A DNA stretch of 63,283 nucleotides, counting the filler, from Atractiella rhizophila (lineage: Eukaryota), in assembly GCA_021432655.1 (NCBI GenBank). It is 12 parts of 12 records of this genome, joined end to end, with 100 filler letters (N's around TTAATTAATTAA, not from the genome) between each part and the next. Parts side by side here need not be neighbours in the genome. Positions count along the whole stretch, not along the records: positions 1 to 5,467 come from MU272370.1; positions 5,568 to 11,005 come from MU272371.1; positions 11,106 to 16,535 come from MU272372.1; 9 more parts are not named here. One strand, given 5' to 3'. A model generated the notes under the pieces. That model made no database searches and was not told the origin of the DNA. It saw nothing but the letters and a program-made list of their open reading frames with translations. This document shows positions 1 through 13,007 of the stretch, one piece after another. A program made the position numbers and the translations under genes. Position 1 is the stretch's first letter. Every line of letters begins with the position of its first letter.

Positions 1-756
1 AGCTACGAATGGCCTGACAACTGGTAGTGGAGGCGGAGGAGGGATGACGTTTGCGTTGGACGAACCGATGTCGGTGTTTGGGTAGCTTTAGATGATTTGA
101 AGCTTTGGTTCGTCTTGTCACTTGTACAACAGCATTTGCAGCCCTTGTTACCATAAAGTGAAAGTATGTAGGAGTCTAGTCTGTACTCGATCTGCGTTCA
201 TCAAGTCCGACCTGCTCCACCATTCTTGGTCAACGCCTTGTATGCGTCACTCTTCCGCAATGTTTGCATGCCTTGAGGTCACACAGCATGGTGAAGATGT
301 TGTGTCCTTTACAACTTGTTTGAAATGCTCATTTTGAAGGGATGAATTCCATCAGAAACCGCAATTTGGTGCTACCCGCATTTCATCTTGCGTACCACAT
401 ACATTCGCACTGGAGACAGAGCAGAATTGAATAGTAGAATCTTTATTGGAAGGGACCGAAAAGAAGCCCCTGCTTCTTCTTAATACCTCGCCTTCTGCAC
501 CAGCGCTTCATCCGGAGTAAACTTCTTCCAGTTCCTCATTCGTCTCTTAAATATCGTAGAGTGCACAAAGACCGTTTTTAGGAGTTCGATATTCGGGAAT
601 CAAGCAAATTCCAAAACTCTCACTTTTTAAACGAAGTGGAAGAGAGGGCAGAGTTGGCCCTTTACAACCCATGTGGGCCTTTTAAAGCCTAAAGACACAA
701 CTATTGACGACATTGTGTGGAGCTAGAAATCCTACGGACGGCAGCAATTTCCCCTG

Positions 757-1354
757 TTGGTAAAATGTAAAACCCACGCTCCGTTACCTCTCCAGTTCAC
801 GCCTAGAGCACCTAGCTCTCGTCCCCAACCCTCTTTCGTTTACGATACCACATCAATCTCACGCCCAGGAACAGCCGGTGGCTCTCTTCTCGATGTCCCG
901 AGGGCAAGGCATGCGCTCGGCGTGACTCCTATGTCTCCTCTCGTCCTGGATCACGATATGGAGAGGGACAATGTGTTGTTGCGAAAAGCAAGGGAGCTGC
1001 GTATGGAGACAGTACGCCTTCGTCTTTTTTTGATTTAAGATGTAGAGTATGACTCTTTATTATATAGTTATTTTGATGGAACAACTATGAGTTTACCATG
1101 CCCACGCACACGTGTACTATTGCTATTCTCTCTCTGAGCCGTTATCTGCTAACTGACCAGTCAACTGCTAGACTTGCCTCCGTTGTCTCGGCATATTACG
1201 AACTCCTCCAGAAATTACCTCTCTGATGGAACAACAGACCTCGCTGTCCTCTCTTGCCCAAGAGGAGAAGATTGCTTCTATGGATCAATCAATTTCCAAT
1301 GGAAATTGTCAGCCTGCAATTAGTCCTGCAGAGTATGAAGGCAAGGGTTCATGA
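757..1354 (+). CDS. Hypothetical spliced protein (approximate bounds)
   Basis: Protein-like ORF 757-1011 ends at a GTACGC donor. A later branch site GCTAAC and a CTAG acceptor (~1171) open an exon ending in TGA at ~1354. No recognisable domain. Confidence 0.3.
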
Positions 1355-2108
1355 TCGAGTGACCTTTTCGACTGCAATGTCATGATACATGACCCCTACT
1401 GTTTAGGACACTAAAATCGTCCAAAAGTAAGAAAATTTCTCAGAATCAGCCCTTATTGAATGCCTTCAATTAAGTATGTTTAGACTATTCGAAGGACTTC
1501 ATTCCGTCTATAAGCCAAATTTGGTGCATCGTTCTTGTGTTTGGGCATTTTGGGCTTGTAGTACAAGCTACTGCAAAGGTTGACTAATATATTTCCATTG
1601 TTTCATCTGTCGTTTGTGTAGCCTAGCTCCAGCCAGATATATATTTATGACATGCGGTACGACAATTGGAGCAAATTTATGAGCTAGTAATTGAGTACAG
1701 CTAGTATATATAATAAGGTCAGGGAAGTTGTTACTGCACATTGCTGTGCTGCTGAATAGCGACGGGAACCGGCTGTGAGCCGACACTGCTACTGCTGGGT
1801 AAGTATCATGGAAACTTGCTGGGAACTGCCAGGAAAGAGGTGGATAAACGGTATCCTTTTGCGAAACACTTGAATGAGCCGAGGCACAATCAATCTCAGC
1901 CCATAAAACATTGACCTCTGTAACCAGTTCTGTGCAACTGAGCATCTGCTTCCTTGAGTGTTTAATGGTCACATTGATCTTCCAGCGTGTGTTGTGAGTG
2001 TCCTGATTGAGCACCGTACCTCCCCCCCAACTCCTTTCTCTTCTCTTCAAGGTCCTGCTGATTCACTGCATGTCCAACCACCAACCACCAACAGTGAAAT
2101 TACTCAAG

Positions 2109-4422
2109 ATGGAGCCAACTTGTATTCGATGCCAAAACCTCAGGATACACTGCACGCGTAGGCCGCCATCCGTGTCCTGCAAGGCGTGTTACATCGCAAA
2201 GGCATCGTGTGAGTATACTTATCGTGCGGTTGTGCGTCGAGGACGTCAGGGGTGCGAAAACTATCTCATCATACCCGCTCCTCGCGCTTATGGATGGAGA
2301 CTAGAACTGGCGTTGATCTAAAACGACTAAAGCAAGGGTACTCCAGTTCTTCCGCGCTACGGAGCGATATACGATATCAAGTTCAGCCCAATAGAAAGAT
2401 GAAAACCACAATGTCTACTGCCTTGTCGAATACGCTAGAGACAGGATTCCTTGGGAGCCTGAACCTCAGTTTCTCTACGTCAAGCAACCGTCTCCTGACC
2501 CAAGAACGAACAAGAGTCCTCTCTAATCATCTTCTTTTGCTCGCTCATCTTGAAGATGTTACCGAAATTCTCTTCGAGCCCATGATCGCAGGGTCACCTC
2601 TACCATCATTGATTCCATACGAGGACATAGTCCGAGATCCGCGCGCTTTGGATGGATGCGCTAATATTCTCCTCGCACAGTGTATGGCATTGGCAGCGTA
2701 CCTTTCTCCTCACTCCGAGTTGCTGGGCGACCTTGCTCAGCCAATGCCAGAAGGCTCCCATGAATCTTCTGCAAAGGACTATCGCTTCGTCAGCAGGAAC
2801 AGATACGCCGCCGCTACTACTTTGACAAAACATGCCTTCTCCCTGGCACTCGATCCAAAATCTCCACTGCAGAAGCCTACCGAGCGAAGTGTTGCCATTC
2901 TTCTTCGATTGGTGTGCACTTTCTCCCTAGCTTCTGCGTTGCCTTTCGAAGGCTTAGCGGCTCTTACTCTTTGTATTCGACACTTCGACGTGATTTGGGG
3001 ATCCTCAAATTCAACAGAGCGAGAGCGTTTGAAAACCTCCTACCTCGAATATCTAATCCCAGTGAGTCAGTTACCTTCAGCACTGGTACCCTTGGAGGAC
3101 ATACGACATCTTACAGCTCGATTCGGATGTGCATTTTACATTTGGAGGAAACTTGGATCTGTATGTGTTCTCTACACCAATGCTTACATCTGACAAGTCA
3201 TCAAAGGACAGAGAGGCACTACCGTGGATACTATCCATCTGCCGTTTCAAAACCTGATTTTCAAGTTTTTCTGGATCCATCAGCGTTTGCATCCATTCAT
3301 GTACCACCTGATGGTAGCATGACTTCGCTAGATATGTTCTGGGCCAGCCTAGAGTCAGTCCAACGAACGATGTGCACCCTAGGCAAGTGATGACCTTTGT
3401 GCGGATCTGGACCTAATGTCTCCTCAGGCGAGGCGCTGCGCCGAAAGGACGAATCTGCAGTCAGCGAGATGTTGTTGCGCACCTGGCATTCCCTAAACGC
3501 CCTCATCGCTTGGCGAATGAAACATTTAATGTTTCAGTTCAACTTCACGCCGCCAAAAACGTATTCGCTCTACGTATATCGAGAGAGCGGAAAGCTAGAA
3601 AATTCGACCTGGACTCACTTCATCTTGAATCGCCTGCTTAAAGGCTGTTGTCGCTGGTTAAAACGATTTGATGAAGCAACCAAATTGTTCCCAAACAATG
3701 AAGGTGTCCAAGCCTTGGATGATCGAGCGAGACAGTTCAAGACAAACATTATTAAGGAATCTTTACTTTATGCGTTCTCTATTCTGCGTTTCAAACGTTT
3801 GACCAACCATCAGTCCGTTTTCTCGCCGAACAGAGAAAAAGAGCCTCTTTTTGCTGTAAAGCAGTTCCACTACAGGGCGAAGCAAAGACCGTGCTGACGA
3901 TTAACATAGCTTCAAGACATGCCAGGGGGGTTCAGAAACGTTGCTAACTTCCTTCAATCGTTCCCTGGTTTCAGCTTACCCATCGCTTCGTAAGTTACTC
4001 CGCCCACTTCTTATTGCTTTGACGTCGTATAACAGACTAATCAAGCAAATGAAACTTTTGAGCTGGAGATATTCATTCTTAGGAGAAGAGCTAGATGCTT
4101 TTGAAGATGAGCTGTCGTCAAGGACAGTGGCAGATGGACGTGATGACAATTTGGTAGCTCTCGCTTCTGATCACAGTTACGAACTTGACATTGTTGTTAG
4201 TTTGCAGAATCTGAAGCTGGTACACCAAAGCTAAAGGATTTCTGTAGGACTCTTGATTTCCACTGCTCGCATTCTGGCGAGTTCACAGGCGGCCTCTCTG
4301 TTCAGACGACCCCTGGGACCCAGTCGCCTTCCGAACCAGGCGTTTTTGATGAGAGCGAAGCACTGTCACCTACACTGGACGACTTTTCCCTCACACTAGA
4401 AGGCTCCCATCAAAGCTTATAA
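2109..4422 (+). CDS. Zn(II)2Cys6 fungal transcription factor, multi-exon
   Basis: ATG 2109 gives MEPTCIRCQNLRIHCTRRPPSVSCKACYIAKASC (CX2CX6CX8CX2CX6C). An intron starts at 2252 (GTGCGA...CTAG), followed by long exons (ORFs 2252-3193, 3397-3897) and a last exon ending TAA at 4420-4422. Confidence 0.8.
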
Positions 4423-4618
4423 GCATAAACTCCTGTTGAGCTCTACCATGAATGATTTTGGTAGTACAATGATCTTTCTCGATGTCGGGTCGAAGGTAGA
4501 AGAAGGCTTATATAATTAAATGGTGTTCTAGAAATGATCCATACATACTCATTGCTACGACAACATGAGATAACATGCAGACGTAACATTCTCTGTGGGA
4601 CAAATAAGAAGGAGAAAA

Positions 4619-5467
4619 TTAGATGCTGGAATCCAAGGGATGGTTTCCCAAAGGTAATGCCTTCCCCATGAATTCCTTCCAATCGGCCTCGAGGTCTAGA
4701 TCACCGTCAGCAGGAAGTCCAATGTCAGCACTCGGCTCACCAGAGGACTTACCAGACGTAGAAGATGGAAGCTGAGGTATATCTACAAACTCTTTTACAC
4801 TGTCAGTGCCTCCGATCCAATTATCTTGATTTCCTGTCAGGTTCGGGAACCATGCTGAAGTAAAGCTTTGAGGAACTGAAAGGCGACGTGAAATATTGAT
4901 CGGTGGAGCAGAAGCGTCCGTATTTAAAGCTTAAACAGCCGTCAGTCTGTGGAGAATAGGAGAACAATAATCCTACCTATTGGGTTAATCACCTGCTCCA
5001 GCGATCTCATAGCGTCCTGAGGCGTCCATGCAGGGGAGGACATATCCGGCTGCTGAGAAGGAGTAGGTACAACACTGAAGGCTGCCAATTCGTAGGCCTT
5101 TGCATAATAGTGATTAACCGTCTGCTCCAAAGATGTAACAGCATTCCGCATCGTTGACGGAGTGGGGGACTGCATGGGCAAGTTGAGCAGCTGTCGAAAC
5201 AGAGCATCAGCTAGTAGTATGACAGTCAGGTCGCTCGGAGAGAATTCCTCCGTGCGACCTGGATCATCGCTTGGAGAGCCTTCTTCCATGGAGTTCGTGT
5301 CGTCGTTTGAACGGGTCTTTTTCCTGCATCAAACCGAGTCAATGCCCTGGCTGTAGAAACAGAGCGCATATTACACTGCAATGAGCTCAAAGCCTACGTA
5401 AGCCTTCAGTACAACTCGAGCCAGCGCAAAAAGCAATCCATTCATACCTCCTTTCGAAAGGTTGCAG
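4619..5467 (-). CDS. 3' part of a hypothetical protein (5' end cut off by scaffold end)
   Basis: ORF 4942-5289, then an intron, then a terminal exon NTDASAPP...WKEFMGKALPLGNHPLDSSI* with stop at 4619-4621. Confidence 0.5.
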
Positions 5468-5567
5468 NNNNNNNNNNNNNNNNNNNNNNNNNNNNNNNNN
5501 NNNNNNNNNNNTTAATTAATTAANNNNNNNNNNNNNNNNNNNNNNNNNNNNNNNNNNNNNNNNNNNN
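5468..5567. other. Artificial 100-bp scaffold spacer (44N-TTAATTAATTAA-44N), first of 11
   Basis: Identical spacers lie at 5468, 11006, 16536, 22062, 27559, 33047, 38520, 43960, 49398, 54832 and 60264. The linker places stop codons in all six frames. Confidence 0.98.
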
Positions 5568-5779
5568 GGAGGATGAGTGGGAATTGCATGGGCTTAGATA
5601 GTGCGAGTGCGGTGTCGGAAGGATGGGGCCATAGTTCGCTGAGAGGATCGGAGGCAACGATGTGGGCGACGGTATGTGAGGAAGAGGAGGTGGTGCGAGT
5701 GAGTCGGTAGGAGGATGGAAGAGTTTGTCTGAGGCTGAACTAGACTATGATGTCCACGAACAAACGTCAGTCGTCGAGA

Positions 5780-6603
5780 TCAGCTTGAAGGCTGGAAACG
5801 TACTCTAGCTCGAAGAACGCGACTGAAACCTTTCTTCATGCTCCGCATCCACTTGCCCTTCGTCTCAGCACTAACTTTCTCTACACCGCTCTCGCCCTCG
5901 ACTACAGCCTCCTCCGTCGCCGTGGCTTCCAGCAACTCCCTGCTGCTCCCGTCTTCTTTCATAGGCGAGATTCTCCACCTCTCATTTGATAGCGCAATTT
6001 CAGCACGCTCAAGGCCTTCGTATATCATAGGAGGTGTATCGAGCGGCTTGCTTCGCTTCCCACATGGAGGATCCTCGGGCTCTCTTCTCCATCCGGGACT
6101 AGTTTTCGTTGAAGACGTTTCGGTGCCACCGTCGACGTTGTGTGCGGGAGTGGTGGGGAGAGAGCTGACAAATGGATCCGGATGGTTGGAGAAGAATGAA
6201 AGTGTGGAACGCATCTTTCTTACCCGAACGGCTGTCGAGCCCATACTTGAACCTGCAGTGGAACTCGTATCGGATGCATTCGACGCCATTTCTGCGCGTG
6301 TGAGCGAGGTAGAAAGTGGCAGATGAGACGTGTGACGCCAACGAAAGAGTTTAGTTGGCGTTCGAATTGTCTACTCTTACTTTGCTCCTGGAAACACGGC
6401 GGACGAGAGTGCGTCTGAATTATCCAATTGGATAAATGGAGCAGTGGAAGAGAGGCGATGAGAGGAATCGGAGAGGTATTCGCAAGTGGAGTGAGAGGCG
6501 GTAGATGGCAAAGTGGTCGTTCATTAGTGCGTTTTTGAGACGAGGGAGAATTGCGGGAAGGTAAGACATCTCGCCACTTCAGCGGATCCAATCTTACGTT
6601 CAT
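5780..6603 (-). CDS. Hypothetical Ser/Thr-rich protein (start uncertain)
   Basis: ORF 5780-6289. An in-phase GTAAGA...GCAG intron at 6380-6292 can join it to the upstream ORF (first ATG 6603). Confidence 0.4.
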
Positions 6604-6936
6604 GACCGCCTCCCGTCCAGTTCGTATCGGCAAATGAGTGCTGCTACTTGCTGCTGAGCTGCTGGTACATACTACAGCTGGACGTACTTTCACGATCGAC
6701 TAAGTTCTGTTATCGACATTGGGAGACATTGGGAGAGCACCAAGAAAAGGAGGCAAGAGAACAACTGAGAAGCAAAAAGAGGTGGTGTCCTCGATATGTT
6801 TGGTCCGATTGTTTCAACCTCCGAACACCTCGACCAGTTTATCGATACAAGAAATTAAAGAACGGATCAAGAAGGAATGAAGTGTTCATAGACAAGGAAA
6901 CAAGGAAATGGTCATCCATCCAGCATTGAATCTTCG

Positions 6937-8302
6937 TCAATGGTGGATCCCTTCCGCCGATTTCTTCTCCGCGATGACCAAGGCTTCGCGTAAGATCGCC
7001 CCCCATCCGTCCTCCTCTTCTTGGATGTCGAAATCGAACCCAACATCCATATTAACGATACAGGCAACTTGACCTTGTCTGTCCAGCGAGCTGGAGACCT
7101 TGGCCATCACTGGACTTCTCAATACCTCCATCTGCTTGATGTCTACGACTTCGAGGCTGGGGGTTCTGGTGGTAGACGCGGCAGTGGTGGTTGTGCTCAT
7201 TTGGGTCATGGCAGGAGAGAGAGAGGGAGTGCTAGCAATTGTGATGGACTCCGCGAAACTCGTTCTGGGAGGAGCTTGAGTGACGCCAGGTAACCCGGGA
7301 ATATAGTGGCGTGAGGACGCAGTGGAGGCTCGAGCTCGCTGGGGCCGCGGAACTATATGCCGAGGAGAGACTGGCATCTGAGGTGTCGAGCGCTTGGTCA
7401 AGAGTTTACGATCGTAAGCTGAGTTCCTGTTCGCCGATGTAATGGTATTGGAGGAGAACATCGTGGTGTTGGACGTCTATTCCAGTTTTCAGAATAGACG
7501 GAGAACGAGCTGACAAAAGATGCACCATTTTCTTCAAGACTCCGAAAGGCTTCTGCAGAGTAACTGTGAACTTCCTCAACGTCCCCTTCACTTGATCAAC
7601 CTTTGAACCTTCGATTCCGTTCTTATTCCCCGCCTTCAAGCTATCCTTAGATTTATCCTCTTCAACAGCACGCATCAGGGCATCCGCGAATTCCGAATAT
7701 TTCACCACCTTCCTGTCCGAATCGGCACCCTGCTGCTCGAAATCGCCATCCCAACATGAAATCGGGCGATCGCTCCTTTCCTTCCCCAATGTCTTAGCCG
7801 TGGAAGGCCGTGTTCCGTTCGCACGAAGGATTGAGACTTCTGCCTTTTGTGTAGGTATGGCGGGAGGGTCAGCGTTCTCTTCGTTGGCAATAGCAATGGG
7901 AATTACTGGAACGTCGGACCCCCCTTCCCCTCCAGAACGGGACTGGACCAATATCTTGTCGTTCGCATTCGGGAGAGAATCGACGATGCTATTCTCCTTC
8001 GTTGTGGAGATGGTCTGAAAGACGATGTCTTCTTTCATCGCGAAAGCAACATCTGGAACTGGCTTCCTCTTTATGGTTGTGACAGATTGGGCGGATTGCT
8101 TGTTCTTGATCGCGCTCCTGAGGGAGGAAACGGAGACTTGCTTCCTCGTCACTCGGATAGCGCTGACGACGTCTGCATCCCATGTGTCTGAATCCAACAT
8201 TTCTTGAAGGTTGGAAGCCGAAAACGGGAGTTTCGGAGAAGTGAAACTGGGAGGAGGGAGTTGGGGAGCGCTGGATGACACTCTCTCGCCGCCCGTGTTC
8301 AT
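6937..8302 (-). CDS. Hypothetical low-complexity protein, 2 exons
   Basis: ORFs 7406-8329 and 6937-7461 are joined in frame by a 49-bp GTGCAT...ATAG intron at 7525-7477 (KKM|TSNTTMFSS). ATG at 8302. Confidence 0.6.
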
Positions 8303-8988
8303 CTTCAGTTGATGCGTGAACGACTGCAAATTGGAGCTCAGATGGATAATTAGTTTGATGCGCTCGAGCCTGTAAATGAGCGCGTTGAAAAACGTAAGAA
8401 ATTGGGCGAGGCGAGTGGCAGTGGTGTTCGCGGCGATAGAGAGGATTCGCGAGAGACGAAGGTGACCGGTGACGTGAACTGAAAGAGTGAAGAAGTGAAG
8501 AAGTAGTTCGTCCCTTGTGGATGATGGTGGCGGACTGTGTTTGCGATTGGGAAGTTGTTTTTCGGCGGGATCGCCTGCTCATGAGAAAGGGGTCCGTCCA
8601 TAAGGCGGGAAGTGGGGAAAAGATTTTATTTATGTAAGCACCCGTTGGCCAGCATCGTCTCAATGTAAACTAGACTTTCCCCTCAACTTTCTCGTGGGAT
8701 GAGTGCAGTCGCAGTGGTATGCACATACACTCAAATTCAACTAATGTTTTATCGCGAAATCAATCAGTCTCTTCCTTCCTTGCTGGGTTCCAAGGACTCA
8801 AGGTTGCCTGTTGGTCTTATACTGCCCTCAGATTTCTAGAGATAAACTAGACGCATTGAAAACACTGAACCCTCTTTTAAGAAGTCTGCAGATTATGCTG
8901 ATCCTTCAAGGTTTACAGGACAAATAATCGATAAATGGATCTACTACTGATGTTACACCTCGCATCCGGACATTATCAGTCATAAGCA

Positions 8989-11005
8989 TCACGCTTTCTC
9001 AGCATCAATCGGGTCAGCAACGTGATGAGCAGCACTTCCATCCTTCGCTTTGGGGTGTCTCTCTGCCGTAGCTGTATTGAAGATACATCAGCTGGATGGT
9101 AGTGATTGGGTTAGAACCTACCTTCTACTGCATCGGTCATCAGCTCCTTCACGCCAGATAGTAAGGCGACTGAAACTATTCGAGCGGTAAATAAGTCAGG
9201 TTGGTGGTGTAGAGCAAAACTGACTTATTGCAAGCACGATAAACTGCTCCATTGGTCAGTAAAGATGGCTCATAAAGACTAACGACGCACAGGTATGAGT
9301 GTAATCCAAGCAAACCGGTAAGCGTTCGCATAGGTCTGTTGGCTTTGGGAGGTTGCAGCATCCAGGATTGCAGGGGTAATTCCAGGAACAGCTTCGAAAC
9401 CGACTCCGCTCGCAAATGCTGTCAAAAGTGCGGGCACTGATGATGGGGGGAGACCAGCGTTCGTTGCAGCATTACCGACTTTCGAGGCGTAGTCCTTCAG
9501 TCGCGCATTGACAACGACACCGAGGATTGCTGCATGAGGTTTGTCAGTTAACGCGGGATTTATAAAAGAAATAGAACCGACCGCTGCCGAAAGCTCCTCC
9601 AATGGCACGTCCTGAGAAAGCTAGTGGAAAACATTGGTTGTTGGTTCATCCGCATGCGTGAAACTCACCAAGTCCTGTTGCACCGGCGAGATAATGATGC
9701 GGCGCTGTGAACTGCACCACGGCGACCAGAAGGGTTAAAGGTCCTGTCCACTACTTTTACCTTTTATCGAGGTCGCAAATAAAAATCCTACCTGCTTGAC
9801 CAATACCTAATTAAAAGAAGTTAGATGTTATTATCAGGCAGACATTTAAAGAAACAAACCTGACAACACATTTAATGCATACTATCCGAGGGATAAGTCA
9901 GCCTGAAAAAAACAGTCTCGAGCTCCAAATTGACCGACCTGAGCTTTGTTCCACGACGGCTGAATGCAAGAGTAGCAGATCGCAACGACAAGAAACAATG
10001 TGAATGTGATGAGAAGTGGTGATTTAAGGTCTTTGCGCCAAGTTGAGTAGAAACTAATGCGATCGTCAATCAGTGCCAGGGTCGCAATGATGTACATACG
10101 CGACAATTATGCTACCTGCGAGACCCGTTAGCACTTTCGGCTTTATGAGCAGACTATCACTTACACGCAAAGAAGGGGAGCTGATAGGTCAATTGTCGAA
10201 TAGCTATCTTCCACGCGTCGGTTTGGAATCCGAGGTTGAGAATGATTTGGGGAGTGTATCTAGGTATCCGGGTATCAATAAAACAGAGGCACGATAAAAG
10301 GAAAAAGGAAAACACACTGCGCAACCTGTTTTGAACGAAGGAGATTAAGACGATGGCAAAGAGAAGGATAAGCTCCATACCGCTGAATAAAAGATAAACC
10401 CTTCTACGGAGAACGCGAAAACACCCAGAACGAAATTGCGATTGCGTCTGAAGAAGTCATGAGCGACCAGTCCATCCGTTCGTCCTTTCCACTCGTAAAT
10501 GATGAAGCCTAGCAGCATCACGAGCCCAATAACAAGTGGTGCCACTACATGAGCATCAGACCAGTCGTACGTGCTCGTCCAGTCCAAAGCAACCAAGCAA
10601 AGAGTGCTGCCTCCAATAAGCAAAAAGCTGTAACCCACTGTGAGCCAAGATTCGGCAATATGAGCAGGCATTGGACTCACCATCCGATGGGGTCGACAGC
10701 CCAAATTAGCTCTCTGATGGGCATACGGTCGAAATCAGATCGCCTCTGTGGCCAATAACCTGAAATTCGCCTAGGGCTTCAGCTCTATCAAGATATCAAG
10801 AGGGAACAAATTTACATAGCATAATCCCTAGGAACGTTGCTCCATGAAATCCGACTTGTAGCCTAAGGATTTTTCAGATATCAGGGATCCTCATTATCTT
10901 GAGCGAGCGTACCAAAAGATATTCCTCCAACCAGAAGGATTGTTGTTGACCAGAGCACCTCCTCCTAACTGGCCAGCCAAACCACCCAAAGTACCTGCGT
11001 TTTGT
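8989..11005 (-). CDS. MFS drug efflux pump, trichothecene-efflux (TRI12-like) family, 5'-truncated, many introns
   Basis: Exons encode LVALDWTSTYDWSDAHVVAPLVIG, EWKGRTDGLVAHDFF and AATNAGLPPSSVPALL...AYRFAW. Stop TGA at 8989-8991. Confidence 0.8.
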
Positions 11006-11105
11006 NNNNNNNNNNNNNNNNNNNNNNNNNNNNNNNNNNNNNNNNNNNNTTAATTAATTAANNNNNNNNNNNNNNNNNNNNNNNNNNNNNNNNNNNNNNN
11101 NNNNN

Positions 11106-12190
11106 GATCCATATTTCCAACTCCAGTTCCAGCCCAGATAACTTTCCAAGCACTATCATCCTCCCTGTTCCCCTTCTCCAGTCGTCGTTTCACTTCCTCC
11201 TCTCCCACATCATCCCACTCATCGATCATCTTATTCTTCAATCCTCTTCCCTCAATTCCTTCCGGCCATCCCATCGTTCCGCGCGCAATATCGAACTTCA
11301 GCGTCCTCAGCGTACTCACATGGTCGGCAGCTATGAGTGCACGCTTGGCACCTGGAGACAAGAGCGATTCGGACGCAAGACTGAACCGTGTTCCCAGGAC
11401 TATCCCGTCTGCTCCCAATGCCAACAAGGAAGCGAGATGTGCGCCGCCAACGAGACCGCCAGCAGCGAGCAGGGGACATCTTTCTTGTGTGAGAGATGAG
11501 AGGATGGAGGGTATGAGATTGAGAAGAGGTGGAGCTGAACCTGATCCGTGGCCGCCTGCTTCTATACCTGTAGTAACAGTTTGAAAAGGTTTGACATGAA
11601 ATGTGGCAAGGAAAGGTGTGGAGGACTCACCTTGAGCAATGAGCACATCCACTTTCCATTCCTCTACTGCCGTAATCGCTTCTTCCACAGAGTTAATTTG
11701 AACGAAGACCAAAACGTCTGCTCTCGCCTTCCTCGCGATCTCAATCCATCTACCAATTTGCGCTCCAAAGCTGAACCAGACGGCTTTACATTCCCTAGCA
11801 GATCTCTGAACCATCTCCTCGGCTTCATCAACAGGCATAGACTCGAGGATCCAGGCCAGAATTCCAACTCCAATTGGCAGGACGTTTGATTCTGGGAATT
11901 GCGAGCGTGCTATAGAGAGTTCCAAGGAGAGTGTCTCAATGCTTCGCACTGGATAAGAAGACTTTCATCAGTCCGCAATCAATAACGGTTGAGATGACAC
12001 AAACCTCCAATGAATCCAAAGCCACCTGAGAGCGATACCTGAGCAGCAAGCTCACCGCCAGCAGCGTACACCATAGCAGCAGAGACGAGAGGTGTCTTGA
12101 TACCTGCAAACTCACATCGGTCACTTCAGCTATGCTGTACCGGAAAAGAGACAGACCTAACAATGTGGTAAGAGGAGTGTGAATCGTCAT
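11106..12190 (-). CDS. Nitronate monooxygenase / 2-nitropropane dioxygenase family (3'-truncated)
   Basis: MTIHTPLTTLLG start. Motifs VDVLIAQG, EAGGHG, PLLAAGG, LGADGIVLGTRF and WAGTGVG. Confidence 0.9.
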
Positions 12191-13007
12191 GTCGTTCTGC
12201 ATTATACTCTAAACCTGAGCTGGTTGAACTTCGAACCGCGAGCGACTGATGGTCGTTTATTGTCATGACTTCATGCCTACTCTCTTCCGGTAGCTCATAT
12301 GTCATCATGTCAGGGCTCTTACTACTGGCCTGTTGTGCTATCTTTTCCGTAGCTCAGCGGAGACGACCGACAAGTTCCGGTAAGGCGAATCGAAGGGTTA
12401 TAGTAGCGTCTGTAGCGTTGTTGACGACCTTGTTAAAGCCGTTAGGCCTTAGTGTAAATCATGTCGAAAGATGTCAACAAGAAGTTTGAGGAGTATCATG
12501 CAGGTCACGAAGGATCCATTTGACGACTTTATCGAACCCTGGAGGGAGCACTCGTCAGAGTGGAAGGTCAAAAGCCAGTATATGCGATGTGATCGACATC
12601 CCATATAGCACTCACGCACGAGGGTTGCAACGTTGCTAACTTTTATGAAACATGAAAAGTTGGTAGTGATGTTTTCTAGTACTCAAAGAGAGCAGTCGAC
12701 GACAAGACACCTTAATTGCATGCTGCATACTATCCAATTAATCCTATTAACATCTGAGTCCTGCAATCCCAAGCATGAGCTCATATACGCCACGCTGTTA
12801 CCGTTAACGTCAATATCAAAAAAACATTTTCGAACCAGCACTGTCAATGTCCGGCGGTCGGGAATGTTTTGTTTGCCACGACGACTTTGCCTTTTATATA
12901 ACATGAAGCCACGTCCCTCGTCGCGGTAACCGAACTCTGTCCTTTCTCCTTCAAACCTCTCCTTCCTCTACAACGGTAACGTAGCACGAACTGTAGTGAA
13001 ACTCAGA

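Noticed and set aside
660..1380. Possible third mirror segment (CTAG-rich)
   Set aside because: Trinucleotide bias is ambiguous, and the forward strand has protein-like exons with a proper donor, branch site and acceptor.
5512..5523. Regularly spaced TTAATTAATTAA motifs as a CRISPR-like or periodic element
   Set aside because: The motif always sits centred in 44N+44N; it is an artificial six-frame-stop linker.
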